DNA from: an uncultured delta proteobacterium
GTDB taxonomy: Bacteria; Desulfobacterota; Binatia; UBA9968
DNA: 64,000 nucleotides
Assembly: GCA_963760795.1 (NCBI GenBank)
Contig: CAVXEP010000025.1
Span: forward strand, 1-64,000
Direction: 5' to 3'
Shown here in pieces: positions 9,256 through 19,610 of this stretch. The translations under genes were made by a program, and so were the position numbers. Below the pieces are notes generated by a model. That model saw only the letters and a program-made list of their open reading frames with translations. It did no database searches and was not told where the DNA came from. The stretch's first letter is position 1. Every line of letters starts with the position of its first letter.

Positions 9256-10360
9256 TCATCTCGGCATGATCGTCTTGATGAACTCGACGATCTCTTCTCG
9301 CAAACGGACATACTTCTCGGTGGAGATATCCGGGTACGGCATACCGTCCTTGGGCACGAGAATATCCTGGACATGGTCTTTCGATACATCCCGGCGCAGG
9401 CTGGCGAAGCCGGCGGCCTTGCTCCACTCGAGCTGGCCTTCCGGCGATAAGAAAAAATCCACATACACTCGCAACGCGTTCGGATGGGGCGCGCTGCGCG
9501 GAATCGCCAGGCTGCCATTGCCCGCGGTAATATAAGTTCCCTCTTTGAGCGTCTCCGGATCTGAGATGCTTTAGCGGCAGCCCTCTGGCGATGAACTCGT
9601 TGGTCAGCACGTCGCTCGGTCCGATCGCGATGGGATACTTGCCGCGCGCGGCGAAATCCAGCATCTGCCGGTCGTCTCGCGGCATCACCAAATCCTTCAG
9701 GGCGAATATTTTTCGCATGAAATCTTTGCCGAGACCTGCATGGGAGTACCACAGAGTCGAGTTTCCCAAGCCGCCCCCGGCGCCGACTGGATCTTTGAGT
9801 GCGATTTTTCCCTGCCATTTAGGTTCGAGAAGGTCTTTCCACGATTTGAAATCAGCTCCCGAAACCAGCTGCGAGTTGTAAATGAACGGCGCCTTGACGT
9901 AGGCGCTGAAAACCAGATTGTAACTTTGCGCGTCATCGGAAAACGTCAGCTTACCGCCGCGCCACTTGCTCGGGTCCTGGGTGTTCGGCCCGGAAAGCCA
10001 TGGTTTGACCGCAACCAGCGCTTTCGCCGGCAGCAGTGTTTCCAGCGCCGTGGTCGTACCGGTAATCAGCACGTCAGTGCTGTTGCGGCCGGCGGCAAGT
10101 TCATTGAACAGTTTGGGGCCGATCTGACTACCGGCCATGCTCTGCAGGTCGACCCGGATATCGGGATATTTTTTCTGAAAGGCCAGAGTCAGCGCATCGC
10201 GCGTCTCGCTTCCCTGCGGTCCGATGACCGAAACCATGCCTTCCTTCTTGGCTGCGGCCAAAATCTGCTCCCAGGATTGAGCAGATTGGGCCAGCGCTCC
10301 TGCTGATCCGAGCAAGCCGAGACTCATCGCGATGAGAAAATTTCTCGCTACAAGAAACAT
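9256..10360 (-). CDS. ABC transporter substrate-binding protein, frameshift near 9560
   Basis: WEQILAAAKKEG, SWKDLLEPKWQGKI; C-term APHPNALRVYVDFFLSPEGQ in ORF 9256..9474. Confidence 0.85.
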
Positions 10361-10385
10361 TAGCGCCTCTCCAATTATTTATACC

Positions 10386-11465
10386 TCACCGACCGAAAGC
10401 TTCTTTGAACAGCGCGATCATGTCGTCTTTGACATCGACGGCTGCCTGGTTATAGGTTTTGATCGCTTTGGCTAACGGCACGCGCCAAGGCGAATGATCC
10501 GTGGGTACGTCTAAGCGCGCGCTGATATAGCCGTTGACTTGGGCAAAGTCCGTCTGGCCTTCTTTCGAGAGCAGCCAGTTGATATACACTTTGGCCGCAT
10601 TCGGGTGCGGCGCGCGGTTAAACAAGCCGAGGCCGCCGGAGCCGGGACTGACATCGGAGCCTTCCTTTATCTTACGCGGATCGACAATCGCGATGGGCAC
10701 GCCGGCTTTCATGCGTTCCTCGGCGACGATATCCGAAACTCCGATCAACACCAGGAACTTTTCCTTGGCAATGCCGTCCAGCTCTTGCATGTAATCCCTC
10801 AGAACCGTCGCTTCCTGTTTGCCGAGCGCTCGAATGAAGTTCGGCCCGAGCTCGGGATGCATGTAAAAGAACGTAAACGTCGCCTGACCGGGCCCCGCCC
10901 GCGTGGGATCGTCCAGGACGATCTTTTGTTTCCACTTCGGATTCAACAAGTCTTTGTAGGAGGTTATCGATTCCGGCTTCACGGCCTTTGGATTGACAAA
11001 CAGCGTGCCGCGCTGCGACGGCGTCATGACCAAAAAGCGTCTGCCCGCGTCGACAAACTCCAGCCCGCCGCCGCGCCACTGTTTGGGATCTTTTACCTGG
11101 GGAAGAATCAGCGCCGGCTCCATCGGATCGAGCATATTGCCGGGAAGCAGCGTCACCAGACCGGTGGTAGTACCGGTGACCGCAACGTCCCAGAGATACT
11201 GGCCGGCGTTGCGTTCAGCCGATAGCCGCGGGCCGATACCGGAGCCGCGATCGCCCCAATACTCCACCGAGATGCCATATTTTTTCTGGAAGGGCTCGCC
11301 CAAGACATCGCGCCGGTCGCCGCCGACCGGGCCGATCAGCGAAACTTTGCCTTCCTTCTTGGCCGCTTCCAGGACCTTCTCCCATTCTTGCGCGCAGCCG
11401 AGCTGCACAGAGCCGCCCGCGACCCACGCCACGATCGCTATCAATACATAGAATTTTCGCGCCAT
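10386..11465 (-). CDS. ABC transporter substrate-binding protein
   Basis: Signal peptide; WEKVLEAAKKEG; RAPHPNAAKVYINWLLSKEGQ. Confidence 0.9.
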   Translation of the reverse strand: MARKFYVLIAIVAWVAGGSVQLGCAQEWEKVLEAAKKEGKVSLIGPVGGDRRDVLGEPFQKKYGISVEYWGDRGSGIGPRLSAERNAGQYLWDVAVTGTTTGLVTLLPGNMLDPMEPALILPQVKDPKQWRGGGLEFVDAGRRFLVMTPSQRGTLFVNPKAVKPESITSYKDLLNPKWKQKIVLDDPTRAGPGQATFTFFYMHPELGPNFIRALGKQEATVLRDYMQELDGIAKEKFLVLIGVSDIVAEERMKAGVPIAIVDPRKIKEGSDVSPGSGGLGLFNRAPHPNAAKVYINWLLSKEGQTDFAQVNGYISARLDVPTDHSPWRVPLAKAIKTYNQAAVDVKDDMIALFKEAFGR

Positions 11466-11653
11466 ACTCCGATCTCCTCTTGCTATTGTTGATCGATCAG
11501 CTCACGCCCTTTGCTGAGCGTCGGTTCTTTCCATGCCGGGCTCGATGGTTGCTGCTGTTTCAATTTCTCCGCCATAGCGCGCTTCTCACGACCACTCCCT
11601 TCGGCACATAAAGATCGCCTTGCCGACTTTGATTAGAATTCACCTCATCGGCC

Positions 11654-12733
11654 TCAGCGGCCAAAAACCTCAGCCAATATGGGGGCCAGATCATTCCTCT
11701 TGTCGATCGCTTCCTGGGTATAAGTCTTGATCGATCCCGGCTGCGGCACGCGCCAGGGCGCGGCGTGATCCGTGGGAACATCGAGGCGATTGCTGATGTA
11801 GCCGGTCGCGCGCGCGTGGATCGTCTGTCCTTCCTTTGAGAGCAGCCAGTTGATGTAAACCTTGGCGGCATTAGGGTGCGGCGCGCGATTGAAGATCGAC
11901 AGCGCGCCAGACGCGGGGCTGATATCCGATCCTTCCTTTAATTGTCGGATGTCGACGATTTCTACCGGCACTCCCTGCTTCGCGCGCTGCTCAGCCAGGC
12001 TATCGGAGAACCCGAGTCCGACGGGATAGCGCCCCTGGCCGAGCATGTTAACCTCCTGGGCGTAATCCCTGAGCAAGGTAAGTCCTTGACCGGCGATTGC
12101 GCGGATAAATTTCAGCCCGAGATCCGGATGAAGGAAAAAGAAAGTGAAAGTCGCCAGGCCGGGGCCGGACTTGCGTGGATCATCCGCCACGATCTTGCCC
12201 TTCCACTTAGGATCCAGCAGGTCTTTGTAAGATTTGAATTCTTTGGCGTTGGCCAAGGTGGGATTGACGAAGAGAGTTCCGCGTTGAAAAGGCGTCATGA
12301 CCAACAGTTGCCGTCCCGGATCGAGGAATTCCAACGCGCCGTTGCGCCATAATTTCAGATCTCTAACTTCGGGAAGTATGAGATTCGTTTCCAGCGGATC
12401 CAAAACCCGCGCTGGGATTAAGTTCTCGAGTCCCGTCGTGGTCCCACTGATCACCACGTCCCATAGGTAACGGTCCGCTTTACGCTCGGCGCTGAGCCGC
12501 GGTAAAATTCCCGCGCCGGAATCGGCGTGGTACTCGACGGCGATGCCGTATTTTTTCTCGAAGGCGATCGTTAGCGCATCGCGGCGATCTGCGCCGACCG
12601 GGCCAATCATCGCGACCTTGCCCTCTTTCTTCGCGGCTTGAAGAACCCGGTCCCATTCTTCCTGCCCCGGCGCCGCGGCAAAGGCGACGCCGGTTAGCAG
12701 CGCCGCGAGCATCCAACCCACAATCAGCGTCAA
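11654..12733 (-). CDS. ABC transporter substrate-binding protein
   Basis: Signal peptide; WDRVLQAAKKEG; RAPHPNAAKVYINWLLSKEGQ. Confidence 0.9.
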   Translation of the reverse strand: MTLIVGWMLAALLTGVAFAAAPGQEEWDRVLQAAKKEGKVAMIGPVGADRRDALTIAFEKKYGIAVEYHADSGAGILPRLSAERKADRYLWDVVISGTTTGLENLIPARVLDPLETNLILPEVRDLKLWRNGALEFLDPGRQLLVMTPFQRGTLFVNPTLANAKEFKSYKDLLDPKWKGKIVADDPRKSGPGLATFTFFFLHPDLGLKFIRAIAGQGLTLLRDYAQEVNMLGQGRYPVGLGFSDSLAEQRAKQGVPVEIVDIRQLKEGSDISPASGALSIFNRAPHPNAAKVYINWLLSKEGQTIHARATGYISNRLDVPTDHAAPWRVPQPGSIKTYTQEAIDKRNDLAPILAEVFGR

Positions 12734-12841
12734 AGTGGCCGGTCAGCTGTGGTCTCATCATTAGCTCCGGGTTTGGGTCTCGGGTTAAACGCGAAACCGA
12801 ACCTCTAAACCCGGAATTGCCGTCAGCTGTGCGGCATCCTG

Positions 12842-13982
12842 TCACGCCTCGGGCGCATACATCGGCCACAACGGCTCATCGTCGCCGCGCTTGGCGATAT
12901 AATCGATGGCGTCATTGACCGCTGTTAAGGGAAACAACCGCGTCGTCACGTGGCGCGTATCGATGACGCCGCGGCGCGCCAGTTCCAGCAGCTCGGGAAA
13001 GTCAATGTAGTGGCGCCCGGTGATGCTGCAAATCTCGATGGAGCGGATCATCAGATAGCGCACCGGAAGATTGAGCGGCTCGGGGTTGGCGCCAATCAGC
13101 GCCACGCGGCCGCCGCCTTCCAAATTGCGAATGCATTCAACCAGAGTCTGTACGCCGCCGGGCGATAGATCCGCGACCACGCTGGCGCCTTGACCGTCGG
13201 TCAGCTCTTTTACTTTTTGCGTGATCGATTCGCCTTTGCCGAGAGCGACCGTGGCGACGCGCTTGGGATCGATGGCGTGAAGCTTTTCGAGCCGGGCCGG
13301 GTTGCGGGCGATGGCGATGACACGCGCCGCGCCCATGGCGAGCGCGGACAGCACCGTGCCGATGCCGGTGATGCCGGTGGCGCCGTTGACGATGACGGTT
13401 TCACCGCTATGCAAGCGCGCGCGCTTCAGCGCGCGATAGCCGACGGTCATCTGCGAGACTTTGCACATTTCGTCGATGTCGTCGTCGGGCACGAAGCCGC
13501 ACAACATTGGTTGCCGGCACGCGGCAGTACTCAGCCCAGAGGCCTTCCTTGTAGCGCAGGATGCGCTTCGATCCCGCCTCGCCCCACTTGGCGATAAACC
13601 CCATCACCCGATGCGCCAGGCAAAGATGCTGGCGGTCGGAGCGGCAAAACTTGCAATAGCCGCAGGTGATCGAACACATCACTACGACGCGGTCGCCGAC
13701 GCGCACGTTACTCACGTCAGGGCCCACTTCGACGACCTCGCCTAAGCCGTCATGGCCGATGATCATCGGCAAAAACGGTATGGTTGGCACTTCGGAGGTG
13801 TACTGTACGGCGTCCTCGCGCATGTGCAGATCGCCGTGATTGAGCCCGGCGCGCAAGACCCGAATCAGCACCTCGCCGGATTCGATATCGGGAATCGGCA
13901 CCTCGTCGACGCGCAGCAGGTCAGTAGATTTGCTGGTTTTTTCAAACCCGTAAATGCGCGCCGCTTTCATCGTGCCCTGCAT
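12842..13982 (-). CDS. Zinc-binding (MDR) alcohol dehydrogenase-like protein, frameshift near 13500
   Basis: ggagg RBS before ATG 13982; GroES-like N-term with CGYCKFCRSDRQHLC; Rossmann VIVNGATGITG in ORF 12842..13507. Confidence 0.85.
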
Positions 13983-14003
13983 GATAACCTCCAGAATTCC
14001 AAT

Positions 14004-14092
14004 TGGAGTAATGGAGTATTGGAGTACTGGGCTCCGCCTCCCCCTCTTTCCATTACTCCTTACTCCATTACTTCTATTATTCCAACACACCA
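14004..14092. repeat. TGGAGTNN-octamer hairpin repeat, copy 4
   Basis: tggagtaatggagtattggagtactggg ... ccattactccttactccattacttc. Confidence 0.75.
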
Positions 14093-14098
14093 TTGCCC

Positions 14099-15562
14099 TC
14101 ATCCCCACGGCTCCACCGGGATCTCGCTCCAGCGCTTCTCGCCGATGATTTTTAAAGGATCGATACGCGCCAGCACTTCACTCGAAATGGACAGCCGCTC
14201 GGCGAAGGGTTTGCCGATGGGCTTGGTGCAGTCGAAACCGGCTTTGCACACCAGCCTGCCGTCGGGAGAGCTGGGATCGAGCGGCGAGCCGGTCATGCCC
14301 GGCAAGGTCACCAAGCCGCGGTCCGCCTGAAAGCGCGTGGCAAGCGCCAAGAGCACTTCCCGCTCATCGAATATGTCGACATCTTCATCGAACACGAAGG
14401 CATGCTTGAGCCCAATGTAAGAAGTCAACGCCGTCACCGCCGCGGTCTTGCCCTGTCCCTCGACGGTCTTGCGTATTTGAATATAAACATGCGCCACGCC
14501 GCACCCTGACATCGGCAAATGCACGGCTTTGACCCCGGGCACGGATCGTTGCACGGCGCGAAAGACTTCGCCCTCTTTTGTCAGACTGATAATCCAATGG
14601 GTATGGCCGACCATCACGTCGTCCCAATAGGCGGTCTTCCTATAGGTCACCGCGGTCACTTTAAGTAATGGACACCAACGTTGCGGTCCGACGTGGCGCG
14701 TGTATTCGCCGAACGGCCCCTCGGGCTTGCGTTGGCCTTTGGGCAGGTATCCTTCGATCACGACTTCCGCATCCGCCGGCACTAAGAATTTGTCTCCCAA
14801 AGTCTCCGAAGCAACCAAACGCAGCGGCGCGCCCAAGGTGCCGCCGGCGCTCTCGTAGTGGCTCTCTTCCGGCCCGACGTGATTTGCCGCTCCCAACAAC
14901 GCCAGCGGATGATGACCGATCCAGTACGCCGCCGGCGTATCCTCTCCCGCCTCCTCGCAGTAACGCAGGTTGTGGGCATTATGTGAATTGGGCGCGAGCC
15001 AGACGCGGACCTCGTCGCGGTCGGCCAACCAACCGCGATGCATGGCGGAATTGTCCACACCGGTATTGCGGTTGAACGTTAGAAAGTGGCCTTCAGTGAT
15101 GTAGCGTCCGGGATCCATGCGGTGATGGCGCAGCGCCGGAAAACGGCGCACGTCGATGTCGGCTCCCTTTTCCACGACCTGTTTCACCGGAGCCTGATCA
15201 CGCGAGACAACGATGGGTCGTTGCCGTGTTTGGACCCGTTCATAGCAGGCGAGGCCGGCTTTCTGCACTTCCGCGCCCAGAGCCCGCGCCAGACGTAGAC
15301 GGCTGGCCAGCAGAAACGTGGTCAGCGGCATGGTTGCGCGCTTGCCATCGACGATGACATTGTGAAAAATCAACAGCGGGAAACGGTGCGCCTTTTCCAG
15401 CTTCATCGCCAGCGCGGAAATTTCCCATTCAGCGTTGAGCGGCTCCTCGATATGCAGCACTTCATCCGGATAGGCGCGCTCGTATTGCTCGATGAAACCA
15501 TGAAGGTCCGAGCCGAACGGAGCGCCGGCACTCGACGCAATCGCGCTTTCAGGTAACGCCAC
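14099..15562 (-). CDS. UbiD family (de)carboxylase
   Basis: VPADAEVVIEG, PEGPFGEYT, VFDEDVDIFD, LALATRFQADR, GSPLDPS. Confidence 0.9.
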   Translation of the reverse strand: MALPESAIASSAGAPFGSDLHGFIEQYERAYPDEVLHIEEPLNAEWEISALAMKLEKAHRFPLLIFHNVIVDGKRATMPLTTFLLASRLRLARALGAEVQKAGLACYERVQTRQRPIVVSRDQAPVKQVVEKGADIDVRRFPALRHHRMDPGRYITEGHFLTFNRNTGVDNSAMHRGWLADRDEVRVWLAPNSHNAHNLRYCEEAGEDTPAAYWIGHHPLALLGAANHVGPEESHYESAGGTLGAPLRLVASETLGDKFLVPADAEVVIEGYLPKGQRKPEGPFGEYTRHVGPQRWCPLLKVTAVTYRKTAYWDDVMVGHTHWIISLTKEGEVFRAVQRSVPGVKAVHLPMSGCGVAHVYIQIRKTVEGQGKTAAVTALTSYIGLKHAFVFDEDVDIFDEREVLLALATRFQADRGLVTLPGMTGSPLDPSSPDGRLVCKAGFDCTKPIGKPFAERLSISSEVLARIDPLKIIGEKRWSEIPVEPWG

Positions 15563-15601
15563 GAACTTGCCTCCTCAATTCAAAGTGAAATTCACAGCAC
15601 A

Positions 15602-15674
15602 AAATGAAAAATCAAAATTGAATACCGGACCGGAAAATCCGTTTGCGAAATTTTTAATTCTTAATTTTTCATTT
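15602..15674. repeat. AT-rich inverted repeat / possible terminator
   Basis: aaatgaaaaat ... atttttcattt. Confidence 0.5.
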
Positions 15675-18083
15675 CCTCGCGTTCTCGTAGCGCTTTAAAC
15701 CACTTTCGGCAACTTCCCACAACCGGCTCGGCACGATCGGCAGCGCGGCGATGCGAATTCCCAACGGCGCCAGCGCGTCTTCGACCGCGCTGGCGATCGC
15801 CGCCGGCGCGACCACGGCGCCGCCTTCGCCGACACCCTTGGTTCCGAGCAACGTCAGCGGCGACGGAGTCTCGAGCCGATCTCCTTCGATATTTGGTAAG
15901 TCTGCGGCTGTGGGCTTAAGGTAATCCATGAAACTGGTGGTGAGGAGCTGGCCGTTTTCGTCGTAGATAAACTCCTCCAGAAGCGCCGCCGCGATACCAT
16001 GAGCGGCGGCGCCGTGCACTTGGCCCTCAACGATTCCGGGGTTAATCTGCCGCCCGCAGTCGTGAATGACCAAGTAGCGCAAAACTTTAATTGCGAAAGT
16101 TTCCGGATCGATTTCCACCACCGCCACATGGGCCGCGCTGGCGAATCCCAGTTGGACGCGCACGCGCTTCTTGTCATCCGGATGCTTCGCCAACGGATTG
16201 CTGTAATAGTAAAGCGCTTCGAGGCCAGGCTCGCCGTCGGGCTGCTCATCGGCCAGGCTCCAATAGGCCCGGCTGGCGATCTGGGCGACGCTCACGCTTT
16301 TATCCGGCGCGCCGCGCACGGCGATATGGCCGTCGTAGAGCTCAAGGTCGTCGACATTGGCTTCGAGTTGCGCCGCGGCGCGCCTTAACAGCTTGTCGCG
16401 AACTTTGCGCGCGGCGCCGATCGCCGCCACCGTGTCATGGCCGTGAAACTTGTTGGAGTAAACCCCCGAGGTCATGACGTAAGGATGACTCGCCGAGTCA
16501 AAGGTCGTCGCCACTCTGATTTGCTTCACGTCGAGGCCGAGCTCGTCGGCGACGATCTGCGCCAGCGCGGTGGCATGGCCCTGGCCCGAGTCAAGACCGC
16601 CGGTAAAAACCGTGGCGCTGCCGTCGGTTTCTATTCGGACCCGCGCCGCCTCGCCCTGTCCGCTGAGCAACTGTGACGGACCGCTGACGAGCATGCCGTA
16701 ACTCAGGTTGGAGCCGCCGGGCTCTACCGCGGTGGCGATGCCGATGCCGAGCAGGCGGCCGCGCTCCCTGCCCTCGGCTTGCTCGCGCCCGAGCTTCTCG
16801 TAGTCGACGGCGGCCAGCGCCTTACGCAGCATCTCGGGATAATCGCCGCTGTCATAGGTCTGACCCGAGGGCGTATCGTAAGGAAACTGATCGGGTTGTA
16901 TGAAGTTGCGAAAACGGATTTCCGCGCGATCGATCTTGAGCGCCCGCGCCACCGCGTCGATCATTCTTTCCACGGCGAAACACATGAAGGGCTTGCCGAT
17001 GCCGCGGTTGGCCACCACGGGGCAGCGGTTGGTGACAACCGAATAGCCTTCGTAGGAAAGCGCGCGAAAGCGGTAACAGTTGGCGATGTTGCTCAGCATG
17101 AGCAAATTATGGCGCGCGGCGAAGTCGATGCCGGCGCCCTCGTTTTCAATGTTGCGGAATTTGATCGCCAAAACCGTTCCGTCGGCTTTAACCGCTGCGC
17201 TCATCTCCATGATGCCGTCCGCCGCGTGGCCCAGCGCCAATAGACTCTCGCGCCGGTCCTCGATCCACTTCACCGGCCGGCCCGCCTTTCGCGCCAGCAG
17301 CGCCGCGGCGATGAGAAAAAGCGGCCGCACCTTGTTGCCGAAAGAGCCGCCCATCGGCGGCACGATCATGCGGATCTTGCCCGGTGAAACACCGAGAGCC
17401 GCGGCGAGCACGTGCAGATCCTGCGCCGGTTGCTGGGTGTGTCCCCAGATCGTATAGGACTCCGTTGCCGCTTCGTACTGCGCCATCACGCCAAAAGTTT
17501 CGAGCGGCGTCGAGCAATAGCGGTGGATCGTCACGCGCTCGGCGACGACCGTATCGGCTTCTTTAAAGGCGCCTTCGACATCGCCGTAGGGAAAGGTATC
17601 GTGCCAGAGAATATTTGAGCCAACCTCTTCGAAGACCAGGGGCGCGTCGGATTTAAGCGCTTCTTCCGCATCGATCACGGGTGGCAATGGATCGTATTCC
17701 ACTTCGACCAGATCGGCCGCGTCTTCCGCGGTCGCCCGATCCACCGCGGCGATGCCGACCACCGGCTCACCGACGTAACGCACCTGTTGATAGGCCAAGG
17801 CGTAAACTTTAGGCGAGTTAGGCAGCGGCACCCGGCCGCGCTGCGGCCGGGTGAGCTGCGCAACGTCGTCGCCAGTGATCGCGCCGTAGACGCCGGGATG
17901 AGCGAGGGCACGGGCCACATCGATGCGGCGAATCTTGGCACGCGCGTACGGGCTGCGCACGTAAGCAGCATAGGCGACGCCGGGCAGCGAAAGATCGTCG
18001 ATAAAATGACCTCCTCGGGTCATGAGAGCTCGGTCTTCGCTGCGCTCGAGCGCTTGCCCCACCCATTTTCGCCCTAAGCTCAT
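15669..18083 (-). CDS. Xanthine dehydrogenase family molybdopterin large subunit (L1)
   Basis: True start MSLGRKWVG at 18083 (ATGA overlap); RSPYARAKI, GGSFGNK, YDSGDY, HDCG..INP..VEGQ, KGVGEGG. Confidence 0.9.
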   Translation of the reverse strand: MSLGRKWVGQALERSEDRALMTRGGHFIDDLSLPGVAYAAYVRSPYARAKIRRIDVARALAHPGVYGAITGDDVAQLTRPQRGRVPLPNSPKVYALAYQQVRYVGEPVVGIAAVDRATAEDAADLVEVEYDPLPPVIDAEEALKSDAPLVFEEVGSNILWHDTFPYGDVEGAFKEADTVVAERVTIHRYCSTPLETFGVMAQYEAATESYTIWGHTQQPAQDLHVLAAALGVSPGKIRMIVPPMGGSFGNKVRPLFLIAAALLARKAGRPVKWIEDRRESLLALGHAADGIMEMSAAVKADGTVLAIKFRNIENEGAGIDFAARHNLLMLSNIANCYRFRALSYEGYSVVTNRCPVVANRGIGKPFMCFAVERMIDAVARALKIDRAEIRFRNFIQPDQFPYDTPSGQTYDSGDYPEMLRKALAAVDYEKLGREQAEGRERGRLLGIGIATAVEPGGSNLSYGMLVSGPSQLLSGQGEAARVRIETDGSATVFTGGLDSGQGHATALAQIVADELGLDVKQIRVATTFDSASHPYVMTSGVYSNKFHGHDTVAAIGAARKVRDKLLRRAAAQLEANVDDLELYDGHIAVRGAPDKSVSVAQIASRAYWSLADEQPDGEPGLEALYYYSNPLAKHPDDKKRVRVQLGFASAAHVAVVEIDPETFAIKVLRYLVIHDCGRQINPGIVEGQVHGAAAHGIAAALLEEFIYDENGQLLTTSFMDYLKPTAADLPNIEGDRLETPSPLTLLGTKGVGEGGAVVAPAAIASAVEDALAPLGIRIAALPIVPSRLWEVAESGLKRYENARK

Positions 18084-18559
18084 GTCGCTTTTCCGTTGCT
18101 CGCAGCGGCGCGCACCGCGCGCACGATATTGACGTAGCCCGTGCACATGCAGAGATTGCCGCTGAGGCCGACGCGTATTTCTGCTTCCGTCGGATCGGCA
18201 TTGTCGCGCAGCAGTTCGAGGGCCGCCAGGATCATCCCCGGCGTGCAAAAGCCGCATTGGATTGCATGGTGTTGCTGAAATGCCAGTTGTAAGGGATCGA
18301 GCGCCTCGTCCGTGCCAATGCCTTCTATGGTGATTACTTCCGCGCCGTCGGCCTGCGCGGCAAAGAGCAAACAAGAGCGCACCGTGCGGCCGTCGAGCAT
18401 GACCGTGCACGCGCCGCACACGCCATGCTCGCAGCCGACGTGGGTTCCGACCAAACCGAGATCGTGGCGTAGAAAGTCCACCAGCGAGCGGCGCGGTTCC
18501 ACCGCCGCCGCCTGTTCTGATCCGTTTACTTTGACAGTGATCGAGATCTTTTCGGTCAT
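18080..18559 (-). CDS. 2Fe-2S small subunit (CoxS-like)
   Basis: GCEHGVCGACTV...RSC; QCGFCTPG; NLCMCTGY. Confidence 0.92.
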   Translation of the reverse strand: MTEKISITVKVNGSEQAAAVEPRRSLVDFLRHDLGLVGTHVGCEHGVCGACTVMLDGRTVRSCLLFAAQADGAEVITIEGIGTDEALDPLQLAFQQHHAIQCGFCTPGMILAALELLRDNADPTEAEIRVGLSGNLCMCTGYVNIVRAVRAAASNGKAT

Positions 18560-19434
18560 GACGCGAACTCGATGACGCGACTTTCCGCGGTCGCCAAGGC
18601 GCGACGCACCAACACGCCGGTGAGATGGCGCCGGTAGCTTGAAGAAGCGTGGATGTCGGCCGGCGGATCCAGCGCTTGCGCCGCAACATCGCCCGCCCCG
18701 CGAAAAAGTTCTGCGCCAGGCCGCTCACCGACGAGCGCCTGTTCCGCCGCCGTCATGCGGAGCGGCGCCGGACCGACTCCGCCAACCGCGACGCGGGCGA
18801 AGTCGATCCGACCATCGCGACCGCAGCCGAGCAGCACGGCGACCGCAACGATGGCAAAATCGCCATGCCGGCGCGCGATCTCGGTGCAGCACCAACCGCA
18901 ATCCGCAGGCGGCAGGTGAAAATCGATCGCCAGCAGCAATTCGTCCGGCGCGATGTCGGTCAACAGATAGCCCTGATAAAAATCCTGCGCCGCAACCGAA
19001 CGGCTCGCCAGCGCGCTGCGCAGATGGAAAGTTGCGTCCAAGGCGACGGCGAGCAGCGGCAGCTCCGCAGAGGGATCGGCATGGACCAAGCTGCCGCCGA
19101 CGGTGCCGCGATTGCGGATGGCCGGATGGGCGACTTGCTCCATCGCTTCGCGGAGAATCGGCAATCGTTCGGCTATCAATGGCGAGCGCTCGACATCCCG
19201 CTGCCGCACCATGGCGCCGAGCGCTAGCGTTTGATCGTCGAGCTTGATTTGGTCCAGACCTCGGACTCCATTGAGATCGATCAGGTTATGCGGTTGCGCC
19301 AGACGGAAATTCATCAGCGGCACGAGACTCTGGCCACCGGCGAGAACCTTGGCCTCATCGCCGTGAGATTGAAGCAGAGCCAACGCTTCGTCGACGCTCT
19401 TAGGCCGGAGTAAATTAAATGGCGCCGGTTTCAT
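18556..19434 (-). CDS. FAD-binding medium subunit (CoxM-like)
   Basis: MKPAPF, LAGGQSLVPLMNFR, IRNRGTVGGS, ARRHGDFA. Confidence 0.9.
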   Translation of the reverse strand: MKPAPFNLLRPKSVDEALALLQSHGDEAKVLAGGQSLVPLMNFRLAQPHNLIDLNGVRGLDQIKLDDQTLALGAMVRQRDVERSPLIAERLPILREAMEQVAHPAIRNRGTVGGSLVHADPSAELPLLAVALDATFHLRSALASRSVAAQDFYQGYLLTDIAPDELLLAIDFHLPPADCGWCCTEIARRHGDFAIVAVAVLLGCGRDGRIDFARVAVGGVGPAPLRMTAAEQALVGERPGAELFRGAGDVAAQALDPPADIHASSSYRRHLTGVLVRRALATAESRVIEFAS

Positions 19435-19503
19435 GATCGAAGAAGGATGCAATAGTAACGAAGATAGAGTGACAACAATTTTTTTCCGTTGCGTTCCGCA
19501 CAC

Positions 19504-19590
19504 AAATCTCCCCTTCCCCTCTTTGTCAAAGAGGGGTTAATGCTTCTCGGAGACATTCCCCCTTTGGAAAAGGGGGACAGAGGGGGATTT
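19504..19590. repeat. REP-like palindromic doublet
   Basis: aaatctcccc..cccctctttgtcaaagagggg and ccccctttggaaaaggggg..gggggattt. Confidence 0.7.
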
Positions 19591-19610
19591 GATTTTCATT
19601 TCGGCTGACG

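Noticed and set aside
18084-18728. Apparent N-terminal extension making L1 1019 aa
   Set aside because: It overlaps coxS/coxM in another frame; the real start is the ATGA-coupled ATG at 18083
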